In this document: positions 13,870 to 26,139 of the stretch, in pieces
Layout of the letters: each line of letters begins with the position of its first letter
Position numbering within the stretch: the stretch's first letter is position 1
Origin: the human T2T-CHM13v2.0 reference genome, Homo sapiens
Assembly: GCF_009914755.1 (NCBI RefSeq)
Contig: NC_060931.1
Direction: 5' to 3' (one strand)
DNA: 64,000 bases
The notes under the pieces: generated by a model
Told to the model about the DNA's origin: nothing
The model's input: only the letters and a program-made list of their open reading frames with translations
Databases searched by the model: none
Translations under genes and position numbers: made by a program

Positions 13870-14500
13870 AATGCATATTCATTAAGCACACCTGTAGAGA
13901 GCCTATTGCGTACAGGTGCCGTTCCAGCACCGGGGACTCCCTGGTGTGACCCACAGGTAGGGTGGCTGTGCCCCATGAAGCTTGCATGGAACTCACCATC
14001 TGTGGTGGCACTGATCCAAATTCAATGAACAAGGTGATTTCTGATCAGGGCTCTGAGCTCTGCGTCAAGTGGGAGGGGTTAATGTGCTCTGGAGTGACAG
14101 GGGTGGGAGGGGTTTATCAGAGATCTGGGAGCCAGGAAAGGTCTCCTGAGGGGATACTCAAGCTGATGCCTGAATGCCAAGAGCCACCTGGGCAAATGTG
14201 GGATTGTGCCTGGCAGGTGGAGGGCCCAGAGCGTGCAAGGCCCCAGGTGGGATGACGTGAGTGTGTTCATGGAGTAGTGTACAAGGCCCCAGGTGGGATG
14301 ACGTGAGAAGGCCCCAGGTGGGATGACGTGAGTGTGTTCATGGAGTAGTGTACAAGGCCCCAGGTGGGATGAATTGAGCATGTTCAGGGAGCAGAGAGAA
14401 TGCTGCTCTGTCCAGTACCTGTGAGCAGGGGAGGTGGGGGCGGGAGGAAGTGAGAGGTAGGATCTGGTACCATCTCGAGAGGCTGCAGCAGGGACACTTG
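13870..14500 (-). mobile_element. L2 fragment
   Basis: attcattaagcacacc...gagcctattgcgtacaggtgccgttccagcaccgggga...catggaactcaccatct...gtgcaaggccccaggtggga...gcatgttcaggga follows the order of the antisense L2 3' consensus. Confidence 0.55.
14236..14386. repeat. 46/25-bp tandem array inside the L2 fragment
   Basis: aaggccccaggtgggatga at 14237, 14283, 14308 and 14354. Confidence 0.93.
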
Positions 14501-16174
14501 AAGATCTAGTGACACCTAAGAGCTCCCTGTTGCTGCTGCTGGGGGAGCAGGAAGGGGGATCACCCTGACAAGACTGGTGGCAGCTGGGACAAGAGTCGTG
14601 GCTGAGGAGGAGGGAAGGAGGTCAGCTTCCCGATGTGTCTGTGGGCCGGCAGGACTCACCGCCGCAGGCAGCAGGCTCAGGCACCTTTGGTAACTAGGCC
14701 CACAACAGATCCTGAACTCCCTGTACGTCGCATGCACATCTACAGACTAAATACCAAGGAGTTTTCTAAAAAGGCCAATGACAGGTCAGGTGGACCTGAA
14801 TTGTTACCACTAATTAGGATAAAAGAGGTTTACAGATGCCTTGGGCCAGGGCAGTTTCCCGGAAAGTCTGAAACCAGCTCTCAGGTGTGTTTTGTGGAAG
14901 ACACGGCTCCTCTGGCACAGGGCTGTGAAACTAGCTCTCAGACATCGGTGAAACTCTGCCTGATCTGCTTCTCAAACAGCTCCCGTGTGGTGCTGCCGCC
15001 ATCTCCGCCGTCAGGAGTGGCTTTGCAAAGACGTCTTATGCTGACCGCATGTCTTTTGGCCTTTCTTTTCAAGAGCCAAACACTTCCTCCTAGACAAGAC
15101 ACAGCAAGATACTATGGCTTCACGTCCTTCCTAAGCAAAGCCAGGGACCATTCGGGAAATTGTTTAGCAATGCTCTGAGTCTTTTACTCTTTTGAAAGCT
15201 TTTGAGCTCAAGACAGTTTCTGGCAAGGCAAGTCCATTCATTCACACCTAAAGCTACAGCATTTGTGAAAATAATGAAAAGGTCTTAATGCTGGCATCTT
15301 TAACAAACCCTTCAAAGTCACAAACACTCATGAAAGCAGAAGCCAGAACTAGACTTTGCTCAGAGGTGAGCAGCTGATCCAGCTCAGGGGTCCCCAGTGA
15401 TGATTCTTTCTGAACAAGAGTCCTCAGCTCCCCCACTTCCCTCTGGGACTGCACACTTTCTGTTCCCTTCCTCAAGGGAAGCCTTTTCCCCTGATTTTCT
15501 GTCACAGTGAGGTTGCATTCGTGGTGAAGTCGGTCCTGGTTTTGGGGCCAACCTCACTGCTCGTGGGGCTGACAGACGAGACCCCAGGAAGCATAGCGCC
15601 ATGATGGGAGAAAGACATCCCCTGGGCCTTCCTGGCGACTCACAAGGCTGGATGTTCTTGTCTACGACACCTGCCCAGCGGAAGGCCCAGAGGCGGGTGG
15701 CTCTCTGGAGTTGACTCTGCAGAGCACTGGCAAGGCCAGGATCCAGAGCTGCATACACCAAGGGCCGCCCTCCCCCAGGCCTACTGCACCTGCTTGGCCT
15801 TGCCTACCTGCCATCTCCCATCGCCCCCGCGGCCCTGGCAGGAGGGATTGTTTCTCTTTCTGTGTACAACCAGAACCTACTACAGGGCCCAGTCCACAGC
15901 AGATGGCTAATGAATGTCTGCTGAATGGATAGAAAAAAAAAGAAAAATGTTTTAAATGTTCAAAATACCTGAAGGAGATGAGAGGACATTGCTTAAGTTA
16001 TCAGGGAATGAAATTCCCAATAGAAAGACATGCTAACTCTCAGTTTAGAAAATATTATCCTTTAATCCATGGTTTTCTCTGGAAAAACCACCAAAGTTAA
16101 GAACATTCCACATCTGAGAAAACACTTCACGTCGCTGTGGCTGCAGCAGCAATGGTGGTGATGACGGTGACACT

Positions 16175-16390
16175 GGCAACTGCACGTTGCTGAGTGTCCG
16201 CTATGCACTGGTCATGATTCTAAGTTCTCACATCACATTTAACACATGACAGTCCTCTAATGCAGACACTATGGGAGCCCACATTTTGCAGATAGGGAAA
16301 CTGAGGCAGCTGGTCCAGATGACTTGGTCACTACACAGAAGAGCCATGCAGCCCGGCTCCAGAGCGACGCTGCCTCCGGTTCCTTTATCT
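16175..16390 (-). mobile_element. MIR
   Basis: Core cccacattttgcagatagggaaactgaggca. Confidence 0.7.
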
Positions 16391-17192
16391 ACCTCTGGTG
16401 CTCCCGGTGGCTGACAACGCCTGCTTATGTATTCTGCTCTCTGCAGGGGGTGCCGCTGAATGCCGGTCCTTGGAGGTATGGGCTGGACTTTATGACTCGC
16501 ATCCGTTGCATAGAATACAGTGCGTGATGCACAGGCGTAAGAGGTCCCTCAGCTTCCTGCTCAATCGCAGCCCAGGCCAGCAAGCCAACCATACCCTCAT
16601 GTGAGTCCCAGAGCCAGAGCCCCCGACTGGGCAGCTGGGGGATCTGTGACAACAGGAACGAAGCTGGTGAGTTCGGGGTAGTGTGTTGTATAGCATCAGA
16701 TAACTAATAGAGTCTATTTCCTCAGCAATACAAGGATCCCCCAAAAGCCTCATAAAGATAATCACTGAGGACTCCTTAGTCTTTGAAATGTAATCCTCAT
16801 TTCATTAAGTTTCAGTGACCATCACATTTTGATGACTTGGTAAAAATTCAGTACTGATGGAAATCATGACCATATTATTACATCACTGAGGTTTCTCTGC
16901 AAAACAGGAACTTGTTGATCAGGGTATTCATTTTATGCAGGCTGAGATGCAAACTTCATAGGCAGGCTGCACACCAGAGGGTAATTCAGTATCTCTGCAT
17001 CTGAGTAAGAAAGTTCTTAAACCACTGTCTCTTTTTATGTCAACTTACAGGGAAGAACATTCTCCAAATATCTTAGAAATTCAGTCAAGTGTTTCAAAGC
17101 CAAACTAAATTACTCCAGCTATTTGTCGGAGTTGGAAAAGAAACTTCTAGGACTGAGCAGCCATAAGATACAGCCATAGATACCCTGTGATT

Positions 17193-17494
17193 GGCCGGGC
17201 ACGGTGGCTCACACCTGTCATCCCAGCACTTTGGGAGGCCAAGGTGGGGAGTCACTTGAGGTCAGGACTTCGAGACCAGCCTGGCCAACATGGCAAAACC
17301 CCGTCTCTACTAAAACTATAAAAATTAGCTGGGCATGGTGGCACGTGCCTGTAGTCCCAGCTACTTGGGAGACTGAGGCAGGAGAATCACTTGAACCTGG
17401 CTGGGCGGAGGTTGCAAGTGAGCCGAGATCATGCCACTGCACTCCAGCCTGAGCAACAGAGCAAGACTCCATCTCAAAAAAATAAATAAATAAA
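17193..17494 (+). mobile_element. Alu (AluS-like) with a degenerate 15-bp TSD
   Basis: ggccgggcacggtggctcac...; (AATA)n tail; flanks agataccctgtgatt (17178-17192) and agatactacgtgatt (17495-17509). Confidence 0.96.
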
Positions 17495-17604
17495 AGATAC
17501 TACGTGATTGTATTAGCATCACATCTGCCCACAGCCTTGGAAAGTAGGCAGACGCTCCTCCCTTTAAGCCTGAGGAAACCCAGGCTTAAAGAAGTGACAT
17601 GATC

Positions 17605-17766
17605 AGCCAGTTCCCACCAAGCCCCACCTCCCACACGGGCACTGGGGACAGGGGAGGGATAAGTAGCCAGTTCCCACCAAACCCCGCCTCCCACACGGGC
17701 TCTGGGGACAGGTGGGGGGTAAGTAGCCAGTTCCCACGGAGCCCCGCCTCCCACACGGGCACTGGT
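17605..17766. repeat. 60-bp tandem repeat, ~2.7 copies
   Basis: agccagttcccac...ctcccacacgggc recurs in the same column on three consecutive 60-nt lines. Confidence 0.95.
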
Positions 17767-18023
17767 GATGCCCTGCGCACTCTGGCTGTGTTGTCAGGCA
17801 CTCACACAGTTAGATCAGTAACTTGCAGAAAGGCTCCTCATATACCAAAGTTGAGTGGATAAACAGCCTTTTACCCTAAGAGTGACCTCAGAGTTTGCAA
17901 GAACCCACACATTTCTTGGTCCTTATACAAATTCAGAGGAACTGCAGACAGTGGTGTCACCAGAACCATTTAGACAATAATGTGTGTGGACGAGACATGG
18001 AGAAGCCTTCCATAGTCGGTGAT

Positions 18024-18151
18024 GCTATTCCAGGACAGGTGAAACTGCTCAAACTCCTGCTATTCCAGGACAGGTGAAACTGCTCAAACTCCTGCTATTC
18101 CGGGACGGGTGAAACTGCTCAAACTCCTGCTATTCCAGGACAGATGAAACT
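18024..18151. repeat. 35-bp tandem repeat, ~3.6 copies
   Basis: gctattccaggacaggtgaaactgctcaaactcct at 18024, 18059, 18094, and partial at 18129. Confidence 0.95.
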
Positions 18152-18635
18152 CAACTTCAACTAAACCAATCAATATATTCAACACACCAACACACACACA
18201 AATTTGACTCCAGTCATTGATAAAATAGTAAAAACAATAGTTTCTTTCCTGTTTTAAAAGGAGCTTTTCCCTTTCATTCAGTTAATTTAACAGGGAGTGA
18301 TTCCATTTTTTTTTGTAGTAATTCAGTTTACTTTATTTTAAAAAATAACTCAGTGTACCAAATGATTTAATGACTTCAATGTATCAAAATTTTATTGGCT
18401 CATAACCTACATCTATTTCATAAAATAAGGTTTGATCTAAAATGACCCTTGGGCGTTTCCAAGTTAATTAATTAGCAATACTTCGGAAAGGCACAAGCTA
18501 TGATGTGAAGGCTTTGAGTTAATATAACACCAGTTCCCTATCATATCAGCCCATTCTTCAAGGGCTTTGCAAAGCAGCAGTTCTCCAAATGCAGCCCTTA
18601 CGCCAGGTGCCACCTGGAGGTTGTTAGAATTTGTA

Positions 18636-20160
18636 GAATGTGGGGTCCCCCCAAACCCCTGAGTCATAAAGATGAGGAGGGGAATGCAGAGTGCAGGGTA
18701 CCGCCCAGAACCCCTGAGTCATAGAGACAAGGAGGGGAATGCAGAGTGTGGGGTTCCCCCCCAAACCCCAAATCATAGAGATGAGGAGGGGAATGCAGAG
18801 TGCAGGGTCCCCTCTAAACCCCGAGTCACAGAGACAAGGAGGGGAATGCAGAGTGCAGCGTCCCCCATAAACCCCAAGTCACAGAGATGAGGAGGGGAAT
18901 GCAGAGTGCAGGGTCCCCCCTAAACCCCGAGTCACAGAGATGAGGAGGGGAATGCAGAGTGCGGGGTCCCCCCAAACCCCGAGTCATAGAGCCAAGGAGG
19001 GGAATGCAGAGTGCAGGGTCCCCCCAAACCCTGAGTCACAGAGACGAGGAGGGGAATGCAGAGTGCAGGGTCCCCCCTAAACCCCAAGTCAAAGAGACGA
19101 GGAGGGGAATGCAGAGTGCAGGGTCCCCCCAAACCCTGAGTCATAGAGATGAGGAGGGGAATGCAGAGTGCAGGGTCCCCCCAAACCCTGAGTCATAGAG
19201 ACGAGGAGGGGAATGCAGAGTGCAGGGTCCCCCCAAACCCTGAGTCATAGAGACGAGTAGGGGAATGCAGAGTGCAGGGTCCCCCCTAAACCCCGAGTCA
19301 CAGAGACGAGGAGGGGGATGCAGAGTGCAGAGTCCCCCCAAACCCCGAGTCACAGAGATGGAGGGGAATGCAGAGTACCGGGTTCCCCCCTAAACCCCGA
19401 GTCACAGAGACGAGGAGGGGAATGCAGAGTGCAGGGTCCCCCCCAAACCCCGAGTCACAGAGACGAGGAGGGGAATGCAGAGTGCAGGGTCCCCCCTAAA
19501 CCCCGAGTCACAGAGATGAGGAGGGGAATGCAGAGTACCGGGTTCCCCCCTAAACCCCGAGTCACAGAGATGAGGAGGGAATGCAGAGTACCAGGTTCCC
19601 CCCAAACCCCGAGTCACAGAGACGAGGAGGGGAATGCAGAGTGCAGGGTCCCCCCCAAACCCCGAGTCACAGAGACGAGGAGGGGAATGCAGAGTGCAGG
19701 GTCCCCCCCAAACCCCGAGTCACAGAGACGAGGAGGGGAATGCAGAGTGCAGGGTCCCCCCCAAACCCCGAGTCACAGAGACGAGGAGGGGAATGCAGAG
19801 TGCAGGGTCCCCCCCAAACCCCGAGTCACAGAGACGAGGAGGGGAATGCAGAGTGCAGGGTCCCCCCCAAACCCCGAGTCACAGAGACGAGGAGGGGAAT
19901 GCAGAGTGCAGGGTCCCCCCCAAACCCCGAGTCACAGAGACGAGGAGGGGAATGCAGAGTGCAGGGTCCCCCCCAAACCCCGAGTCACAGAGACGAGGAG
20001 GAGAATGCAGTGCAGGGTCCCCCCTAAACCCCGAGTCATAGAGATGAGGAGGGGAATGCAGAGTACTGGGTTCCCCCCTAAACCCCGAGTCATAGAGATG
20101 AGGAGGGGAATGCAGAGTGCGGGGTCTCCCCCAAAACCCCGAGTCACAGAGACGAAGAGG
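18636..20160. repeat. ~53-bp minisatellite (VNTR), ~29 copies
   Basis: Unit gagtcacagagacgaggaggggaatgcagagtgcagggtcccccccaaacccc; period 53 (19621 to 19674); homogeneous run at ~19600-19990. Confidence 0.98.
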
Positions 20161-20901
20161 GTGCTGATCACATCCCACCCCAGCTTCCAGGTGCTTCTGA
20201 CACAGCTGAAACCTGAACCCATGACTTTCAGGGCTGTGGCCTCCCCCGCCCCCGCCCACATGTGTCCACCAGCCCTGGGAGTGAGTCTGAGGCAGGGATT
20301 CTCAGGGACGCTGCCTGCATGCCCCGGAGGAGTAGCGTGTGTGTGTGCACACGTGAGCTTGTGAGTGTAGGCTTGAGACCGTGCTGCCGACCCAGTCCCT
20401 GGAATCCCTGTGCTGAGTTGTTCTCATGTGGCTGCTGGCCCAGGGAGGAGCGTTACGGACAACTGTTAAGTGGAAATTGTCTGGACGTAATGCAGTTCAT
20501 CAGCTCAAAAGCTGTGGGTCTGGCTGTGTGAGCCAACAGCGCTAGTGTCCTGGTGCCTGGACACACGGATGTTCTGGGGCTGTTGCTGAAACTGCGGCAC
20601 AGTAAGCCCTGCAGCCTCCCTGGAATCCCTGAGGAGGAGCCGGCTCACCCAGCGCCGCGAGCATCTCTTCCTGACTCGCAGGGGGCCCGTGAGATGGAGA
20701 ATCTGCCTGACAGGGTGCACTTGCACAGCCAAGCACCAAGAAGGAAAATGGCATTTCATTAGCCATGGAGACAGCCGGGAACCCAGCAGCCTTCTTTATT
20801 CTGGCTCATATTTTCTCATCATTCTCAGGGAGTTGTCCAGGTAACAATGACCTTGTGTAAACCAGCGTCCCTGCCTGAGTCCTCTTCACCTGAAACCACC
20901 G

Positions 20902-21165
20902 CCCCACGCCAGGCTCCACCTCCCCACGCCAGGCTCCACCCCCCACGCCAGGCTCCACCCCATCCCACGCCAGGCTCCACCCCATCCCACGCCAGGCTCC
21001 ACCCCATCCCACGCCAGGCTCCACCCAATCCCACGCCAGGCTCCACCCCCCACGCCAGGCTCCACCCCCCCACGCCAGGCTCCACCCCATCCCACGCCAG
21101 GCTCCACGCCAGGCTCCACCCCCCCCACGCCAGGCTCCACCCCATCCCACGCCAGGCTCCACCCA
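20902..21165. repeat. C-rich minisatellite with 11-22-bp units, ~13 copies
   Basis: Invariant core cacgccaggctccac separated by variable C-tract or ccatcc spacers. Confidence 0.95.
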
Positions 21166-22464
21166 AGCCAGCGGCACCGGTTCTGGCTGGAAGGTTCCCA
21201 AACCTAGGCCAGGGTGTGAATGCCAGGGGCCCTGTGAGTGGTGAGTGATGGTTGCTGGGTGCTGGGGGCTGGCGCTGTTCCCGCCGCGCCCTCCATGAAG
21301 CTGACTCTCAGTCCTGCTCTCTGACACCGGGCTGTGCTCAGCAGCCACGAGCTGACCACGCGGTGAGGCTGTTCACTTTTCTCCCTGACTCCAGCTCTCC
21401 CCACATGCAGCTCATCCCCGACATGGGCTCTTATCCCACCAACCGCTTCTAAAGACCTGCAGAAGCTCCCTAGTCACAGGACGTGGCGAGCCCAATACTC
21501 ACGTCTGCCCCTGACTTCTGCACTAGGCCCTGCCTCAGCCACTGGCCTCCTGCCCCTCACTGTCGGCCTCAGGCCCAGGCTCTCTGTGTAGAGGCCTCCT
21601 GGCTTCCCCACCCCGTGCTGCTCCCCACCCGGTGCTACTCCCCTGGCTGAGCGCCCACACTTCTTTCCCCTTTTCCAAATCCCACCTGCAGGTGGTGGTC
21701 TCTAGCACTCCTCTTGGTTCATGGGCCTTGACTGACAGCTTTCTCCTGCAGCCATCCTCTCCACAATTCTGGGAGCGTCGACTGTGCTCACTCAACACTC
21801 CCTTTAACAAAGTGACATCAGATGTTTGGGCCCTACTTGCATTTAAGCCATCCAGTGCATTCCACATAAAAAGCGTGCACCTGGAGGAAACTAAATAATC
21901 ACAACCAATCACTCTTTTTTTAGAAAAAAGCAGCAGCTCTCTCAATGTAGACCAATTTATCGGTCTAAACTAGAGAGACCGGGCAAGCCACTTCCATCTT
22001 GCGAGTTTAGCATATTTGCCTGTTGACACCTACACTTGGAGGAAGCCATTCTGTGTGTGTGGTGTGCCTTCACAAGTAATTTCTATGGAAAACAGCCGTC
22101 AGACAGTCATCCTGGCCCAAGGTGACCTCATTACCAGAATTTGTTCTAGTTGTCATTAGACATATCACACTATGTCACTCAAAATGGGAAAGAAAGAGAA
22201 GATACTGACATGCCGCCCCAGTGATTAGAGATGAAAATGTAGTTATACCATATATGATCCCTGCTTGGAGACTATACGGATAGGGTTTAAGATTCAGGCC
22301 CCCCTCAGATCCATCACTGTGGTCCTGAAGCCTCTGTCCTTCTTCTGTTCTTTTAAACTTCTCTGTGTAGATACAGCAAGTGTGTTTTCTACTCACTGCA
22401 CAGCCAGCGCTGCTCTTGAACAAACTCCTGAGGGAGGTGCACGGAAACCATGCATCCAAATCCG

Positions 22465-22676
22465 GAGAGCAGGGAGACCAGCCGGATAGCCCACCTGGCT
22501 GACGAGACCCGGCCTCGCTCAGAAAGCTCCTCCAAGATGCCACCGCGTGTGAAATGCTTGGGGTTGAATCTCGAGAGCAGGGAGACCAGCCAGACAGCCC
22601 ACCTGGCTGACGAGACCCGGCCTCGCTTAGAAAGCTCCTCCAAGATGCCACCGCATGTGAAATGCTTGGGGTTGAA
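22465..22676. repeat. 108-bp two-copy tandem duplication
   Basis: gagagcagggagaccagcc...gaaatgcttggggttgaa at 22465 and 22573, with few mismatches. Confidence 0.95.
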
Positions 22677-23944
22677 ATGTAACGAATCTCTCACTACTGA
22701 CAAGAGAAAGGCCAGAACACAAACACACTTCCTGCTTCCAGATGGATGGAGGTGGGAGGAGGGAGGGGTTCTGACCATCTTCTCTGGTGCTCAGTGAGGC
22801 AATAGCATGAGATAGATACCCTCATCTACAGCCCCGCTCTCGTATGTCCGGGGGAAGCTATGGAGAGGGTGCTGCAAAGCTGCCAGCAAGTATGTCTGCC
22901 TCTGACGAGTCACTGTTGGATGTGAGGCAACGTGAAGGCTCCACCACTAGGACCCAGGCAAGACTGCCAAGCGGATGAGGCTTCGCTTTAGGACCATGGA
23001 CTCTGGCGGCAGATAATGGCCTGAGAGGTCAGCTAGTCCAATTGCTTCCTTGTAGACACGCAGAAACTGACGCCCAGAGAGGCAGGGCACCCCGTGTGTG
23101 GTCACCGTGGTCAGTGGCAGAGGTGGGGCTGGAGGTCAGAACTGGCTGCATCCGTCTCCATCTCCCCAAGCACAGGCCATGCCTGCCTCTCCCAGGTGGC
23201 ATCTCCTCTCTGTGGTCCTTTCCCTCCTGCCTGCCTTTCTGCGACATCTGCACTATTCAGACATCACGCTTCCTTTCGTCCTCACTCAAAATTCCCATTC
23301 ACTCAGCATTACCACGGTTTGATATTAGGACTGCTTGATTCAAGCCAATAGTGCTAAATTAGAAATAATGAAGGCTTCACTCTTCCACGGGGTTCTGCCC
23401 TTGGAAGAACTAATGAAACCCAAGGACCATCCAGTTGGCAGGACTGGAAGTAACTGGGCAGAGGAGACATTTTGGAGCAGGTGGTCGGTGCCCACCCACT
23501 GACAGGAGCTGCCGGTTTCTGACCCACTCCACCCCTCCTCCAGGACCCTCCAGAGTGAATCTGGAGCGAGGGGGCCCAGTGACTTTGGGGTCATTTGCAC
23601 GGTATCAGCTATAGCCGCAGTGAGAGGGAGGCTGCTGGACACGCTGGGGTTCACCTGTGTCCCAGGAGAACCCCGCTTTAGGATATAACGGGTTCATGCA
23701 CTGGAGTAGCTGCCGGTACACATCTAGGGAGTGATGATCCCCCTCCACCAGCCAGTGGGGAATGAGCCCGTGAAGGTCACAGCCAGCCATGAAACAGCTG
23801 CACTGCCCCAGCACGCCGCCCACGCTTGGTCGGCAACACAGAGATTCCATTTCTTCCTGGGATTAGGAAGCACGAAGTGTCCAGATCTGCTTCTGAAATC
23901 TCTTCCTCCCTTAAGGTAAGGTGCTGTGTGGAGCTTACTGGAAC

Positions 23945-24170
23945 CTAAACGGGGGCAAGATGACCGGTCACTAAAGGGGGCGAGGTTACCAGTCACTAAA
24001 GGGAAAGGGGGCGTGATGACCAGTCACTAGTGGGGGTGAGACAACCGGTCACTAACGGGGGCAATATGACCCCTCACTAATGGGGTGATCGGTCACTAAA
24101 CGGGGTGAGATGACAGGTCATTAATGGGGGCGTAGTGTCCGGTCACTAATAGGGTGTGATGACCTGTCAG
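23945..24170. repeat. Degenerate ~25-bp tandem array, 9 units
   Basis: Consensus approximately ctaa(a)gggggcgagatgaccggtca; units 19-31 bp. Confidence 0.88.
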
Positions 24171-24528
24171 TCATTATCTCTTGCATAAGAGACTTCCCAG
24201 GGGCAGAGCAGACCCGGTGGACAGCAGGAGCTGCCTGGTCCCACTGCTGAGTTTTATGTCTGGATGCTGAATAGCTGGAGGAAGCGGCCTGCTGGTTTTG
24301 TTCACACTGGGTGAACAGTTGGAATACAGGTTCCTCGGGCCTGTCCTAAATGCTATCAGTCTTTCTCTAGAGATGGGGCAGTTATTATGCAGTGTGGGAT
24401 CCACAGTTACAGAGCGGATGGGGGACTAAGAACATCCATTCTGCAGAAAGTGGGACATTCAGGGCAATAGGGAATCTGCTTTTCAATGCAGCATCCCAGT
24501 GGGGTGGCCCCATCACTTCTGACACCTC

Positions 24529-24691
24529 CATCACTGATGCCCCCAGCTCTCCCCACACCTGCCATTCCCCACGTTAATGCAGCAGGGATCCAGAGAAGGG
24601 TCTCCGGACATCACTGATGCCCCCAGCTCTCCCCACACCTGCCATTCCCTGCGTTACTGCAGCAGGGATCCAGAGAACACTGTCCGGACAT
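24529..24691. repeat. 80-bp two-copy tandem duplication
   Basis: catcactgatgcccccagctctccccacacctgccattccc at 24529 and 24609. Confidence 0.94.
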
Positions 24692-25721
24692 GCAGGGGAC
24701 CGGAGTCCTCACCACTCCCCCTTTTGTCTTCTCCAAGCCAGGGTCAAAGCTGCCTCATGCAGACGGAGAGGAGAAGCTGCGTTCCCTGCCTTTCCCGAAT
24801 TGTTTGTGGACTGTGAGTGATGCATGTCCTGTGGCACCATGGGAGCACCAGGGAACACCATGCTGTCTCTCCCCGGAGCCCCCACTGGCGTCCTGGCCAT
24901 TTCCAGCTTGTCTCCCAAAGACAGGCTTCTTTGTGCTTTGGTCACACGGAGAATTATCAGTGCAGTCTCTGTCTCTCTCTCTCATTTCCCCCTAAATTGC
25001 CACATGTTGCAACTCCCAGGCGTGCCCCCAGCTCTCCTGAGGCTGGTTTGCAGTGGCCGGGCCCAGCTAAAGCAACTGAACCTCCAGAGCAGAGGACAGT
25101 GTCCTGCCTGCACGTCTTGACATGGCCCCACAGGAGGGTTCCCTGTCTTTCACGTGCTGATAGACCAAACACACCAAACGCATTCCCGGGCAGGTGTGTA
25201 CATCAGAACAGTGATGAATCAGGGACCCTTCTTAGTGCTACTATAAGTAACAACAGTGAGTCAGACGGGTGCAAACCCTTTGGAAGACTCAGTCTGCAAG
25301 CCCCAGGGAGCACAGGGGGGCTGGAGGGAACCGGGGGAGGGATGCACAGGCGAGAAATGCCCATGACCCGGTCCACAGGTCATGCACGTCCACACTTTCT
25401 AAAAAACCACCTACAAGAAAGGGGTTGTTTCCTGGCCCCCAGTGGGGTGCAGAATGTCAGTGCTGGGCTGCACCCTGGGCAGGGCTGCTCTGGGCAGCAT
25501 CGCCACACCCGTGTCCCATTCTTGGGGTGCATCCCCTTCTCACATCTGTGTCTAAAGCCAGGAATGGGCAGTGTGACCTGAGGAAAATCAGGGACACCCT
25601 CTGTGTCCTCATATGCAAACATGTCTCTTTCATGCCAGTTAAATGAAGAAAAAGGCAAGACCTAAATCCTGAACTCCTACCGCTATAACACATTCCTCTG
25701 CGCTAAGGAACTGACATTCTA

Positions 25722-26139
<418 letters not shown>

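Noticed and set aside
19318-20364. 348-aa repetitive ORF
   Set aside because: The 53-bp unit cycles through all three frames; a VNTR artefact
22175-22797. ORFs with a 36-aa repeat
   Set aside because: Explained by the 108-bp DNA duplication, which shows up on both strands
20902-24170. CRISPR-like appearance of the arrays at 20902 and 23945
   Set aside because: The spacers are short and related to one another rather than unique, there are no cas genes, and the DNA is Alu-bearing primate sequence
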